Below are positions 1 through 10,417 of a stretch of DNA of 64,000 nucleotides, in pieces. Both the position numbers and the translations under genes were made by a program. The notes under the pieces are model-generated. The model was not told the origin of the DNA. It worked only from the letters and a program-made list of their open reading frames with translations, and searched no databases. Origin of the DNA: an uncultured Mariniplasma sp. (GTDB lineage: Bacteria; Bacillota_I; Bacilli_A; Acholeplasmatales; Acholeplasmataceae). The stretch is taken from the NCBI GenBank assembly GCA_964587475.1, contig CAZPLF010000006.1, positions 1 to 64,000 of the forward strand, read 5' to 3'. Numbering within the stretch: position 1 is the stretch's first letter; the number at the start of each line of letters is the position of its first letter.

Positions 1-75
1 ACATGAATGGATAGAAGAAATCATTAAAAGCTAGCGATTGCTAGTTTTTTTAATAAAAAAGCTGAACTCGCAAGT

Positions 76-561
76 TCAACTTTTGAAAAATTCTAGAAAA
101 TGTTGATTATCTTTAAGTGTTAAGTAAATGGGTAACCCTAATGCATACATTACAACTGCTTCACCAATAAAAACTGATGGAATCGAGTAATAAAGAGGTG
201 CAAGTAAGTAACCATAAGTTAAGAGAGCGCCGACAATTAAACCATTGATGACTGCTGGCCAAACAAACGCTAAAAGAATTTTCTTTCTTGTCATATACAT
301 AAGAATTCCAGCTATTGTTGTTGCCATTGTACCAAAGATAACATCTAAAATGATTGTGGGTCCGAGTAGGTTAGCTACAAAGCAACCCAAGGTTAATCCA
401 ATAATATTCTTCTTGTTAAATAAGATGAGAATCATCAGAATTTCAGCTACTCTAAACTGAACTAAACCAAAGCTAGCAAATCTTAATAAAAAGACTAGCA
501 CGACATAAATTGCAGCAATCATGGATTGCATCAAAAAATCTTTTAAAACCATGTTTTTCAT
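76..561 (-). CDS. queT: QueT-family queuosine-precursor transporter (ECF S-component-like membrane protein)
   Basis: 161 aa polytopic membrane protein of QueT size and composition. It lies divergent to tgt, with a preQ1-like leader immediately upstream. Confidence 0.6.
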   Translation of the reverse strand: MKNMVLKDFLMQSMIAAIYVVLVFLLRFASFGLVQFRVAEILMILILFNKKNIIGLTLGCFVANLLGPTIILDVIFGTMATTIAGILMYMTRKKILLAFVWPAVINGLIVGALLTYGYLLAPLYYSIPSVFIGEAVVMYALGLPIYLTLKDNQHFLEFFKS

Positions 562-565
562 CTTT

Positions 566-615
566 TAATCTCCCTGTTTTGTTTTAGCTGGTTTCCTAGG
601 GTACAGCTAATGATA
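566..615 (-). ncRNA. Probable preQ1-I riboswitch in the queT leader
   Basis: The minus-strand leader reads AGCUG-UACCCUAGGAAAC-CAGCU-AAAACAAAACAGGGAG then about 9 nt then AUG. That gives a 5-bp P1 stem, a 13-nt loop containing CCCU, and an A-rich tail ending in AGGGAG (the SD). The loop CCCU can pair with the AGGG in the tail, the classic preQ1-I pseudoknot that sequesters the SD. Confidence 0.5.
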
Positions 616-671
616 ATTACTTTAACATTGTATCAAAATTATGATATAATTACAAGGTAAAGGATGTATAT

Positions 672-1787
672 ATGAGTATAAAATTTGAAGTGTTACACGT
701 CTGTAAACAAAGTGGTGCCCGACTGGGACGCCTTACAACACCTCATGGTGTTTTTGAAACGCCTTTTTTTATGCCTGTAGGCACTCAGGCGACAGTTAAG
801 ACATTGACTCCAGAAGAGACAAAAGAAGTCTCTGAAGGCTTAATATTGAGCAATACCTACCATCTATGGTTGCAACCGGGAAGAGAACTCATCAAAGAAC
901 ATGGTGGTATTCGTGGTTTTATGCAATGGGATGGTGCACTTTTAACCGACAGTGGTGGATATCAAGTTTTTTCTTTGACTGATATGCGTAAAATCACCGA
1001 TGAAGGTGTTCATTTTAAACATCATAAAAATGGTTCTGCACTTTTCTTATCTCCAGAAGATTCGATTAAAATTCAAGAGGATCTTGGCGCTGACATCATC
1101 ATGAGCTTTGATGAGTGTCCACCACCCTATGAAACCTATGATTATATGAAAGATTCTGTGGAACGTACATTAAGATGGGCAAAAAGAGGGAAAGAAGCAT
1201 TATCTACAAATCAAGCATTATTTGGCATTGTTCAAGGTGGTTTAGATAAAGAATTAAGAAAGCATTGTGCACAAGAATTGATCCAAATGGATTTTCCTGG
1301 ATACTCCATCGGTGGTTTGTCAGTTGGTGAGAAGAAACATGAAATGTATGAAATGACTGCATTCCTCAATCCAATTCTTCCCTTTGATAAACCAAGATAT
1401 TTGATGGGTGTTGGTGCTCCTGATGATCTTGTGGAAAATGTAATTAATGGTATTGATATGTTTGATTGTGTACTGCCTACAAGAATAGCACGACATGGTA
1501 CTGCACTTACAACTGAAGGTAAGATTGTTATCAAAAATCAAACCTATGAACATGACATGAGACCACTTGATCCTCATTTGCTAACTCATGTGTCTAAATA
1601 TACAAGATCATATATCCGACATTTATTTAAAGCAGAAGAAATACTTGGTATGCGACTTGTCACATATCAAAATTTGGCCTACCTAAAGCATTTAATGGGC
1701 CAAATTAGACTGGCAATTAAAGAAGATAGACTTTTGGATTTCAAGGAAGAAATGAAGAAAAAAACGAATTATTTTAAATCGAGATAA
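672..1787 (+). CDS. tgt: Queuine tRNA-ribosyltransferase
   Basis: 371 aa. Typical Tgt N-terminus: [26 protein letters not shown]. Confidence 0.93.
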   Translation: MSIKFEVLHVCKQSGARLGRLTTPHGVFETPFFMPVGTQATVKTLTPEETKEVSEGLILSNTYHLWLQPGRELIKEHGGIRGFMQWDGALLTDSGGYQVFSLTDMRKITDEGVHFKHHKNGSALFLSPEDSIKIQEDLGADIIMSFDECPPPYETYDYMKDSVERTLRWAKRGKEALSTNQALFGIVQGGLDKELRKHCAQELIQMDFPGYSIGGLSVGEKKHEMYEMTAFLNPILPFDKPRYLMGVGAPDDLVENVINGIDMFDCVLPTRIARHGTALTTEGKIVIKNQTYEHDMRPLDPHLLTHVSKYTRSYIRHLFKAEEILGMRLVTYQNLAYLKHLMGQIRLAIKEDRLLDFKEEMKKKTNYFKSR

Positions 1788-1847
1788 ATCATCTTTATTT
1801 TAATGTGATATTCGTGTAAAATAGAGTTAGTGCTAGGAGGGATACCT

Positions 1848-2993
1848 ATGGTATTTGGCGAATCGGAAAATTTTGAACAAAAACCAGTCATTAAAGTCAT
1901 TGGTGTAGGTGGTGGCGGTGGTAATGCTGTAAATCGAATGATTGAAAACGATGTCAAAGGCGTTGTTTTTGTCGCGATGAATACAGATGCACAAGTCTTG
2001 AAACTTTCAAAGGCTGAAACGAGAGTTCAGATTGGTAAATATTTGACTAGAGGTCTTGGTGCTGGTGCGAAATCAGAAGTTGGTAGAGCAGCTGCAGAAG
2101 AATCTATTGCTGAAATTGAAGACGTATTAAAGGATGCCGACATGGTATTCATCACAGCTGGTATGGGTGGTGGAACTGGAACAGGTGCTGCACCTATCAT
2201 TGCTCAAAAGGCAAAAGAAATGGGATGCTTAACTATTGGTATAGTAACCAAACCTTTCGCATTTGAAGGCCCAGCTCGCATGCAAGCAGCTATTTATGGT
2301 CTAGAAGCATTAAAACCACATGTTGATACTTTAATTGTCATTCCTAATGAAAGATTACTCAATATATCAGGTCCTACGACACAATTATTGGATGCTTTTA
2401 GAGAGTCTGATAACGTACTTAGACAAGGTGTCCAAGGCATAGCAGAAATTATTGCCTTTCCTGGACTAATCAATGTTGATTTTGCTGATGTGAGAACCGT
2501 CATGGAAAACAAAGGTACCGCACTTATGGGTATCGGTATTGCATCAGGTGAAGACCGTGCAGTTGAAGCTGCTAGAAAAGCAATACATTCAAAATTATTA
2601 GAAGTTAGTATTGATGGTGCTACAGATGCAATCGTCAATATCACTTCAGGAACAAATATCACCTTGTTTGAAACAGATCAAGCGCTATCTGAAATTAAGA
2701 ATGCAACTGATCGTGATTTAAATATCATCTATGGTACAACAGTCAATGAAGATTTAGATGACGAATTCATTGTCACTGTCATTGCTACTGGATATGAACT
2801 TAAAGCTAAAGACTCAACAATTGAAAATCTTGCAAGTGAAATTTTTAATAAGACTTCAGATGAACAATTAAAATTAACACGTTCAGGTTTGAAAAGTTCA
2901 GATGAAGATTATATAGATGAAAATGACAAAATGCCAAAAGAAGGCAAACAGCGCAACCTACCTTCATGGCTAACAAAAAAAGGAAAATTTTAA
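1848..2993 (+). CDS. ftsZ: Cell division GTPase FtsZ
   Basis: GGGTGTG tubulin signature with [22 protein letters not shown] at 1835-1841 supports ATG 1848 rather than the GTG at 1830 in the ORF track. Confidence 0.93.
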   Translation: MVFGESENFEQKPVIKVIGVGGGGGNAVNRMIENDVKGVVFVAMNTDAQVLKLSKAETRVQIGKYLTRGLGAGAKSEVGRAAAEESIAEIEDVLKDADMVFITAGMGGGTGTGAAPIIAQKAKEMGCLTIGIVTKPFAFEGPARMQAAIYGLEALKPHVDTLIVIPNERLLNISGPTTQLLDAFRESDNVLRQGVQGIAEIIAFPGLINVDFADVRTVMENKGTALMGIGIASGEDRAVEAARKAIHSKLLEVSIDGATDAIVNITSGTNITLFETDQALSEIKNATDRDLNIIYGTTVNEDLDDEFIVTVIATGYELKAKDSTIENLASEIFNKTSDEQLKLTRSGLKSSDEDYIDENDKMPKEGKQRNLPSWLTKKGKF

Positions 2994-3029
2994 AAGGCGA
3001 AAGCCTTTTTTACTGGAAGGGAATCATTT

Positions 3030-4127
3030 ATGCTAAAAGCAGGAATTATCGGCTTGCCGAATGTTGGAAAATCTACACTTTTCAATGCCATTACTAAAGC
3101 AGAAGCTCTTGCTGCAAACTATCCGTTTGCAACGATTGAACCCAATGTTGGTGTTGTCTATGTGCAAGATCCAAGACTTGATGTTTTAGAAAGAATTTAT
3201 AAACCTAAAAAAGTTGTACCAACAGCTTATGAGTTTATCGATATTGCAGGACTTGTACGTGGTGCATCTAAGGGTGAAGGATTAGGAAATCAATTCTTAA
3301 GTCATATTCGCGAAGTGGATGCTATTTGTCAGGTTGTCCGCTGTTTTGAAGATGGCAATATCACGCATGTAGAAGGTGATATCGATCCAGTCCGCGATAT
3401 TGAAACCATAAAAATTGAACTCAATTTAGCTGATTTAGATTCTGTTGATAAAAGAATTGCTAGACTTGAAAAAAAAGCAAAAGCAAAGCTTAAAGATGCT
3501 ATTTTAGAACATGAACTATTATCTAAAGTCAAAAAAGTATTAGATGATAATGGTAATCCAAGACTGATACCTTTTGAAGAAGAAGAATTAAAAATTATTA
3601 AGAATTTCAATCTTTTATCGATGAAACCAATGATTTATATTGCTAATGTTTCCGAAGAAGATCTACATAATCCGAGTTCAAATAAACATTATCAAAATTT
3701 GCTCAAATTAGCTCAAACGGAGGATACTGAAGTTGTTTTAATTTCTGCGCAAGTGGAAATGGAAATTGCCTCTTTGGAACCCGAAGAACAGTTGACTTTT
3801 CTTGAAGCTTATGGCTTAAAGAAATCAGGTTTGAATGAAGTGATTGAAAAGAGTTATTATCTTTTGGGTTTGAAAACATATTTTACCGCTGGTGAACCAG
3901 AAGTAAGAGCATGGACATTTAAAAAGGGCATGAAAGCTCCTCAATGTGCTGGAATTATTCATACGGATTTCGAAAGAGGATTTATCAAAGCTGAAACATT
4001 GTCTTATGACGATTTGCTTAAATATGGTACACCTCACGTAGCAAAAGAAAATGGTCGAGTTAGACTAGAAGGAAAAGACTATGTTGTCCAAGATGGTGAC
4101 ATCATGCTCTTTAGGTTTAATGTGTAA
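3030..4127 (+). CDS. ychF: Ribosome-binding ATPase YchF (Obg-family GTPase)
   Basis: P-loop GLPNVGKST and a C-terminal TGS domain. 365 aa. Confidence 0.9.
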   Translation: MLKAGIIGLPNVGKSTLFNAITKAEALAANYPFATIEPNVGVVYVQDPRLDVLERIYKPKKVVPTAYEFIDIAGLVRGASKGEGLGNQFLSHIREVDAICQVVRCFEDGNITHVEGDIDPVRDIETIKIELNLADLDSVDKRIARLEKKAKAKLKDAILEHELLSKVKKVLDDNGNPRLIPFEEEELKIIKNFNLLSMKPMIYIANVSEEDLHNPSSNKHYQNLLKLAQTEDTEVVLISAQVEMEIASLEPEEQLTFLEAYGLKKSGLNEVIEKSYYLLGLKTYFTAGEPEVRAWTFKKGMKAPQCAGIIHTDFERGFIKAETLSYDDLLKYGTPHVAKENGRVRLEGKDYVVQDGDIMLFRFNV

Positions 4128-4717
4128 TGTTTGATAATTTCTTAGGAATTGTTGTCTGTGCATCTAAATACTTTACATCATCACAAATAAGATTGCTCAA
4201 TCAAAAGGGTGTTTTTCATTTTGGAGAAAATAGAGTTCAAGATTTACTGGCAAAACAAAAGGATTTGACTGATTTAAATATTGTCTGGCATTTTATTGGT
4301 CATCTTCAAACAAATAAAGTGAAAGACATGATTAATCATATTGATTACTTACATACTTTGGATCGTCTCAATCTAGCAGAAAGCATCCAAAAATATGCAA
4401 ATAAACCGATAAAATGTTTGATTCAAGTCAATTTGACTAATGAAGATCAAAAAAGTGGGATTTTACCTTTGAATTTGGAACAATTTCTTATAGAAATTAA
4501 AAAATATGATAAAATAGAGTTAATCGGTTTGATGACTATAGGCAAAGATGATGATCATGTTCAAACGGAACTAGCATTCAAGACACTTGATGAGCTAGCC
4601 AAAAAATATGAACTGCCATTTCGCTCAATGGGGATGTCAAACGATTATGATCTCGCGATCAAGCATCATGCAACACACCTAAGAATTGGAAGAAAATTCA
4701 TGGAGTTGCTCGATTAG
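4127..4717 (+). CDS. ylmE: YggS/PLPBP-family pyridoxal-phosphate homeostasis protein (YlmE)
   Basis: FGENRVQDL and IGHLQTNK motifs. Its ATG overlaps the ychF stop by 1 nt. The N-terminus is shorter than is typical for YggS. Confidence 0.75.
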   Translation: MFDNFLGIVVCASKYFTSSQIRLLNQKGVFHFGENRVQDLLAKQKDLTDLNIVWHFIGHLQTNKVKDMINHIDYLHTLDRLNLAESIQKYANKPIKCLIQVNLTNEDQKSGILPLNLEQFLIEIKKYDKIELIGLMTIGKDDDHVQTELAFKTLDELAKKYELPFRSMGMSNDYDLAIKHHATHLRIGRKFMELLD

Positions 4718-4725
4718 GAGGTATT

Positions 4726-5067
4726 ATGGGACTTTTTAGTGTTGGAAAGAAAAAGAAGTTGCAAGAAGACATTATCGAAGACAAAACAATAATGTCCGAC
4801 CAGATTATTTTTGAAAAGCTCCAAAATGATGATGATGCATACTTGACTGGTCTTGCTGATCAGATGTTGGATGGACATCCACTGATCTTGAGTTTTGAAC
4901 CTCTTGATATCGACCAAGCTAACAAGGTGATTGCTTTCTTATCAGGTATTATTTATGCCGTTAAGGGAGAAATCGTCAATGTGAAAGAAAAAGTATTCAT
5001 GTTCGCAAGAGGCGATGTTTATCAAGATGGATCAATGGAAGATTTTTTAAAGGATATTGTCGAATAG
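4726..5067 (+). CDS. sepF: Cell division protein SepF (YlmF)
   Basis: 113 aa DUF552-like protein in the conserved position after ylmE. RBS GGAGG precedes it. Confidence 0.7.
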   Translation: MGLFSVGKKKKLQEDIIEDKTIMSDQIIFEKLQNDDDAYLTGLADQMLDGHPLILSFEPLDIDQANKVIAFLSGIIYAVKGEIVNVKEKVFMFARGDVYQDGSMEDFLKDIVE

Positions 5068-5074
5068 AATATTG

Positions 5075-5275
5075 CGATGACAAGGACAAACAGACTTGAT
5101 TGAAGTTAAAAGCGATTTAGGGATGGTGTAAGCCTAAAAACTACTCACAAGTTATGGATCACCTTCGAGCAAAAATAGAATTAAGTGCTAGAGAACGCTC
5201 TCTAGAACTAAGGTGGTACCGCGGAATGTTATTTCGTCCTTAGCTTTTAAGGACGATTTTATTTTTAAGATTAGA
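5075..5275 (+). promoter_or_regulatory. T-box riboswitch leader of ileS (AUC specifier)
   Basis: Conserved T-box sequence AACUAAGGUGGUACCGCGG at 5206-5224. Terminator hairpin UCGUCCUUAG...UAAGGACGA plus a U-run at 5234-5268. Candidate specifier AUC-A at 5158-5161. Confidence 0.85.
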
Positions 5276-5287
5276 GGAGAGATGAAG

Positions 5288-7993
5288 ATGGAATATAAAC
5301 ACACACTGCTTATGCCTAAAACCGATTTTCAGATGCGTGGTAATTTAGGTGTTAGAGAATTAGAATTTCAACAGAGATGGAAAGATATAGATTTATATCA
5401 AAAAGTCTTGGAACAAAATAAAGATAATGAACCTTTTGTACTACACGATGGACCTCCTTATGCGAATGGAGATATCCATATAGGACATACATTGAATAAA
5501 GTCTTGAAAGACTTTGTTTTGCGTTATCAGACAATGATCGGTAAGTATGTCAGATACATCCCAGGTTGGGATACTCATGGACTACCTATTGAAACAGCAT
5601 TAACCAAAAAAGGTATCAATCGTAAAGAAATGCCTCTTGTAGATTATCGCAAACTCTGTCAGAAATTTGCTGCTGAGCAAGTTGCAAAACAGAAAATCCA
5701 ATTTGAAAGACTCGGAATCTTGGGAGAATGGGATTATCCATATATCACTTATGATAAGGATTTTGAAGCAAGCCAAGTCAAGGTATTTGCTAAAATGGTC
5801 GATCGTGGATTGGTTTATAAAGGACTTAAACCGGTTTTTTGGTCTCCATCTTCAGAATCTGCGCTTGCAGAAGCTGAAATTGAATATCAGGATAAACAGT
5901 CGACATCAGTTTATGTTGCTTTTCCTTCGGTTGAACAAAAAGGATTATTACAAGATGCCTCTTTTATCATATGGACAACAACACCATGGACGCTACCAGC
6001 AAATCTGGCCATCTCAGTTCATCCACGTTTGAATTATAATGTGATTTTAGCAGATGGCAATAAGTATGTAGTTGGTGAAACATTGCTTAATGAATTAAAG
6101 AAAATACTCAATTGGACTGATGTTTCTATCTTGGGAACTCTTAAAGGGAAAGAATTAGAATTAGTTCAATATAAGCATCCGCTTTATGATCGCATTTCAC
6201 CTATTATTGTTGGTGAACATGTCACTGATACTGATGGTACTGGACTCGTTCATACAGCACCTGGACATGGTGAAGATGATTACCGTATCGGCAAAACTTA
6301 TAATCTTGAAATATTATGTCCTGTCGATGATAAAGGATATATGACAGAAGAAGCTGGACCATTTAGTGGTTTATATTACGAAGTAGCAAATGAAGAAATC
6401 GTCAAAGCACTTGAAGAAAAAAAGGTTTTACTCAGAAAAGATCGTTTCACTCACTCCTATCCTCATGATTGGAGAACTAAGAAACCAGTGATATTTAGAG
6501 CAACCCCTCAATGGTTTGCTAGTATTGATAAATTAAAAGATGAACTATTAGACGAAGTCGCTAAAGTTTCTTGGATCCCTGTTTGGGGTGAAGTCAGAAT
6601 TTCTAATATGATTACTGGTCGTGAAGACTGGTGCATTTCAAGACAACGTGCTTGGGGTGTTCCAATTCCTGTCTTTTATGCTGAAAACAATGAACCCATT
6701 TTGGATCAGAAAGTCTTGAGTCATATCAGTGATCTATTTAAAGAATTTGGTTCAGATGTATGGTATGAAAGAGAAGCTAAAGACCTACTACCAAAAGGAT
6801 TTAAACATCCTGGTAGTCCTAATGATTTGTTTAGAAAAGAAACTGACATCATGGATGTTTGGTTTGATTCTGGCACCTCATACTCCATTTTGGAATCTAG
6901 AGGCATCAAGTACCCTGCAGACCTCTATCTAGAGGGATCTGATCAATATCGTGGTTGGTTTAATTCTTCTCTGATCACTGGTGTTGCTGCCTATGGAAAA
7001 GCACCTTATAAAAAGGTCGTATCACATGGATTTGTTCTCGATGGACAAGGCAGAAAAATGAGTAAATCACTAGGTAATACAGTTGATCCTCTCGTGATTA
7101 TGAAACAGCAAGGTGCGGATCTATTAAGATTATGGGTTGCAACAGTTGATTATCAAAGCGACGTTAGAATCAGCAATGATATGATGACACAAATTTCTGA
7201 AGGTTATAGAAAAATCAGAAACACTTTCCGCTTTATGTTAGGTAATCTTGATGGATTCGACCCTGAAACGGATTACGTGGGTTATTCGATGAGAGGTAGA
7301 CTCAACCGTGTTATGACATTAAAATATAATCTTCTAGTATCACAAGTACTAGATGCTTATGAAAATTACGCTTTCGATAAGGTTTACCGCGCTGTTGTAC
7401 CATTTATGACGAATGAGTTATCGGCTTTTTATCTAGATTACACAAAAGACATCTTGTATATTGAAAAAGAAAATGACTTTGAACGTAAATGTGTTCAATC
7501 AACGCTATATGATATCACACTAGGAATGCTGAAATTATTGACACCAATCATTCCTCACACCACTTCTGAAGCTTATCTTTTATTACCATTTAGAGAAAAA
7601 GAAGACATTTATTTAGAGCAAATGCCAAGTGCAGGTAGTAAAATGGATGAATATCTTGTAGAAGCATTTGATATATTCGATTCTGTTCGACAAGTCGTTC
7701 TAAAGAAACTTGAAGATGCAAGAGAATTAAAGATTATTGGTAAATCACTTGCTGCTCAAGTCGATTTGATAGTGACCAAAGAGCAGATGGAAGCCATAAA
7801 GATTTTAGAAATGAAAATCCATCAAGTTTTGATCGTATCCAAAGTAAATATTACTTTAGGTGCTCAACTTGATGTCAAAGTATCACCCGCAACAGGAGCT
7901 ACATGTGATCGCTGTTGGAATATCGTTGATCATGTTCATGAAAATGGACTATGTGATCGATGCAATCATATCCTAGGAGAAGATAAAAAATGA
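5288..7993 (+). CDS. ileS: Isoleucyl-tRNA synthetase
   Basis: HIGH (PPYANGDIHIGH) and KMSKS motifs. Start placed at MEYKHTLLMPKT by alignment to the canonical IleS N-terminus. The ORF-track start at 5213 runs into the T-box. Confidence 0.93.
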   Translation: MEYKHTLLMPKTDFQMRGNLGVRELEFQQRWKDIDLYQKVLEQNKDNEPFVLHDGPPYANGDIHIGHTLNKVLKDFVLRYQTMIGKYVRYIPGWDTHGLPIETALTKKGINRKEMPLVDYRKLCQKFAAEQVAKQKIQFERLGILGEWDYPYITYDKDFEASQVKVFAKMVDRGLVYKGLKPVFWSPSSESALAEAEIEYQDKQSTSVYVAFPSVEQKGLLQDASFIIWTTTPWTLPANLAISVHPRLNYNVILADGNKYVVGETLLNELKKILNWTDVSILGTLKGKELELVQYKHPLYDRISPIIVGEHVTDTDGTGLVHTAPGHGEDDYRIGKTYNLEILCPVDDKGYMTEEAGPFSGLYYEVANEEIVKALEEKKVLLRKDRFTHSYPHDWRTKKPVIFRATPQWFASIDKLKDELLDEVAKVSWIPVWGEVRISNMITGREDWCISRQRAWGVPIPVFYAENNEPILDQKVLSHISDLFKEFGSDVWYEREAKDLLPKGFKHPGSPNDLFRKETDIMDVWFDSGTSYSILESRGIKYPADLYLEGSDQYRGWFNSSLITGVAAYGKAPYKKVVSHGFVLDGQGRKMSKSLGNTVDPLVIMKQQGADLLRLWVATVDYQSDVRISNDMMTQISEGYRKIRNTFRFMLGNLDGFDPETDYVGYSMRGRLNRVMTLKYNLLVSQVLDAYENYAFDKVYRAVVPFMTNELSAFYLDYTKDILYIEKENDFERKCVQSTLYDITLGMLKLLTPIIPHTTSEAYLLLPFREKEDIYLEQMPSAGSKMDEYLVEAFDIFDSVRQVVLKKLEDARELKIIGKSLAAQVDLIVTKEQMEAIKILEMKIHQVLIVSKVNITLGAQLDVKVSPATGATCDRCWNIVDHVHENGLCDRCNHILGEDKK

Positions 7994-8727
7994 ACATATT
8001 AGTTGTCAATGATGATGGATATCAAGCTGAAGGCTTAGGTATCTTGGTTAGAGCACTTACACCTTTTGGAAACGTTTATGTTTCAGCACCTAAAGATCAT
8101 CAAAGTGCTAAAAGTCATGCGATTACCATTAAAAGTCGTATCGAAACTTTTATGACGGAACCAATTTTTGGTTCAGCAGGAACTTTGGTTGTCGATGGAA
8201 CACCGGCAGATGCAACCCGTTTGGGTCTCAAGGTTTTTAATGTTGATTTTGATTTGGTCGTATCCGGAATCAATTATGGACAAAACATTGCATCTGATAT
8301 TTTATATTCAGGAACCGTCGCTGCAGCACTTGAAGCAAAAATCCTTGGTGTTGATGCAATTGCTATCTCAGCACACAATACACATTTGCCCTATTTATAT
8401 GACGAAACAATTAAATTGATGGATGAAATCATAGAAGCAAAACTCTATGAAGGTCCTGGCATTTTAAATGTGAATTTTCCAAGAGATACATTTGCAAGAC
8501 CAAAAGGTGTAAAAATTACACAAATGGGACAAAGATTGCAGCATGCAGAATTTATAAAAAGTGAGCGTCCCGATGTTTATCACATCAAATCCAGCATTAT
8601 TAGTTATCAGGAAAACGTTGATTCAGATGTTGCTGCATTTGATGAAGGTTTTGTATCTATAACACCACTTAATATCAATCGTACTGATTTTCAACGAATT
8701 AATGAGATTCTTAAGACAGAAAAATAG
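7990..8727 (+). CDS. surE: 5'/3'-nucleotidase SurE
   Basis: N-terminal ILVVNDDG signature. 245 aa. Confidence 0.85.
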   Translation: MNILVVNDDGYQAEGLGILVRALTPFGNVYVSAPKDHQSAKSHAITIKSRIETFMTEPIFGSAGTLVVDGTPADATRLGLKVFNVDFDLVVSGINYGQNIASDILYSGTVAAALEAKILGVDAIAISAHNTHLPYLYDETIKLMDEIIEAKLYEGPGILNVNFPRDTFARPKGVKITQMGQRLQHAEFIKSERPDVYHIKSSIISYQENVDSDVAAFDEGFVSITPLNINRTDFQRINEILKTEK

Positions 8728-8777
8728 TCATTAAACATAGTTTATGATAGAATAAATACATAGGGGTAGGTGAATTT

Positions 8778-9632
8778 ATGGCGCAATTTAATGTTCATTT
8801 TTTCAAGGAAAAAAGTAGAAAAATAGATTTAGATCAATTAATTGCTTTTTTTGATGATATTGAAGGTATCACTGTTGAAATGGATGAAAAGAGCGTTCGA
8901 TTTAATTATTTGCATCCAAGACTTCACTATGAAGCTCGTTTTTTAATTACGCCAAAATCTCAAGTCCCTGATATTTATCGTTTAAACCCTAAATATTTGG
9001 ATTTAAACTTTCACCTAGAAATGGTTATTTTAACTCCGGATTATGTTGCTAAACATTTGTTTGAAATTGTGAAGAAAGTCTGCGAACGATTTAATTTTCA
9101 CATTTATAATGAGATGTTTGAAGATGTGCTTCCATTCAAGATAGATGTCTTGAATAAAGTTTTTGCGATGCTTAAGGAAGCATATATAGTGAAAAATCCC
9201 GTTATTTTATCTGATTATCATATCTTACCAAAAGAACAGTTAAGTTCGATTCTTAGATATTTAGATGATTTACTAGAACTTCAAAAATATTATAAAGAAC
9301 TTGAAACATATGTTCCTAGATATCATTTTTTAACAACAGAAAAAAAAGAATTAGTCATTGGTATGGAATGGAAAGAACATTCATTAACCGTCTTTCCACC
9401 TTATCTCGATTATCTATTTTATCGTATCGGCAATGAAATAAAAATAGTGGCTTATGATGAAGCTTATCAGCTCATTGAAAAGTTTCTTCTTGACGTTCCT
9501 GGATTCATAAGAGAAACCAAGGTATTACCTAAGAAAACATCAAGTAAAGTGTTTAAGATTATGAAAAAAACAAAATTCAGTTTGATTAATCATACCTTCT
9601 CAAAGGAAAACGTTAAACACTTATTGGATTAG
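8778..9632 (+). CDS. Hypothetical protein
   Basis: 284 aa soluble ORF with good coding appearance and no recognisable motif. Confidence 0.5.
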   Translation: MAQFNVHFFKEKSRKIDLDQLIAFFDDIEGITVEMDEKSVRFNYLHPRLHYEARFLITPKSQVPDIYRLNPKYLDLNFHLEMVILTPDYVAKHLFEIVKKVCERFNFHIYNEMFEDVLPFKIDVLNKVFAMLKEAYIVKNPVILSDYHILPKEQLSSILRYLDDLLELQKYYKELETYVPRYHFLTTEKKELVIGMEWKEHSLTVFPPYLDYLFYRIGNEIKIVAYDEAYQLIEKFLLDVPGFIRETKVLPKKTSSKVFKIMKKTKFSLINHTFSKENVKHLLD

Positions 9633-9644
9633 AAGGAGTTTGTT

Positions 9645-10283
9645 TTGTTAAAAAAATATATAGTTCACATTTCAGGATTCGTTATTATATCACTTGGAAT
9701 TGTTGGTGTCATTTTCTCAAGACTTGGAGCAACTCCAGTTGATGCGTTTAATTATTTCATTTATACGCTCACCCCTTTCTCATTAGGGACGATTGTTATA
9801 TTTACAGGATTATTTGTAGCTTTGCTAGCATTTATCTTTAATCCAACAAAAGATATTATTCTCAGTATCTCATTTATTTTCTTAGTTGGCGTATTAATCG
9901 ATGGTTGGAAATTATTATTTGAATTAGTGCCTATCGCTTTTTATGACGAGTTGTTTATTCGTATTATTATGGCATCACTTAGTTTGATTTTAATTGCATT
10001 TGGTGTTGCTGTTACGATTACTACGGGAATTGTCACATCTCCATATGAAAAATTGATGATGGTTCTTAATAAAAAAATAAATAGTTTACAATTTTCAAAA
10101 ATGATTATTGAAGGAACATTTCTTATTTTAGCAATCATCATGGGAATTTACACAAAACAATTATTTGATCAAGTCAATGTTTTCACGGTCTTATTGGTAT
10201 TTGTCAATGGGCCATTGATTGGTATTTTTGCAAGAATGATCAATAAGAATGTAAAAAAAGGAGAAATTGGATATGCAACTTAA
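9645..10283 (+). CDS. YczE/YitT-like polytopic membrane protein
   Basis: 212 aa with about 6 TM segments and a Gly-rich N-terminus typical of the YczE/DUF161 family. Confidence 0.5.
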   Translation: MLKKYIVHISGFVIISLGIVGVIFSRLGATPVDAFNYFIYTLTPFSLGTIVIFTGLFVALLAFIFNPTKDIILSISFIFLVGVLIDGWKLLFELVPIAFYDELFIRIIMASLSLILIAFGVAVTITTGIVTSPYEKLMMVLNKKINSLQFSKMIIEGTFLILAIIMGIYTKQLFDQVNVFTVLLVFVNGPLIGIFARMINKNVKKGEIGYAT

Positions 10284-10417
10284 TAAGATGACTGTGCACA
10301 CTAAACTTGAAGCAAACTTTTACAACCTACAAGTAGACAAATTTAGCGAGATAATCACAGTTCACATACATAGATCAAAGTCTGTCATTACTATTTCTAA
10401 AAAGGAGAATAAAAACA

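Noticed and set aside
245-460. A plus-strand 71-aa ORF inside queT
   Set aside because: It is antisense to the membrane-protein frame and has no RBS.
1830-1847. A GTG start for ftsZ at 1830
   Set aside because: The AGGAGGG RBS lies inside this extension and is optimally spaced for ATG 1848.
5213-5287. The ORF-track start of ileS at 5213
   Set aside because: The upstream 75 nt lie inside the T-box antiterminator and terminator structure. Alignment with the canonical IleS N-terminus puts the start at ATG 5288.
5667-6032. A 121-aa alternative-frame ORF inside ileS
   Set aside because: It is an out-of-frame overlap with a strongly supported IleS coding frame.
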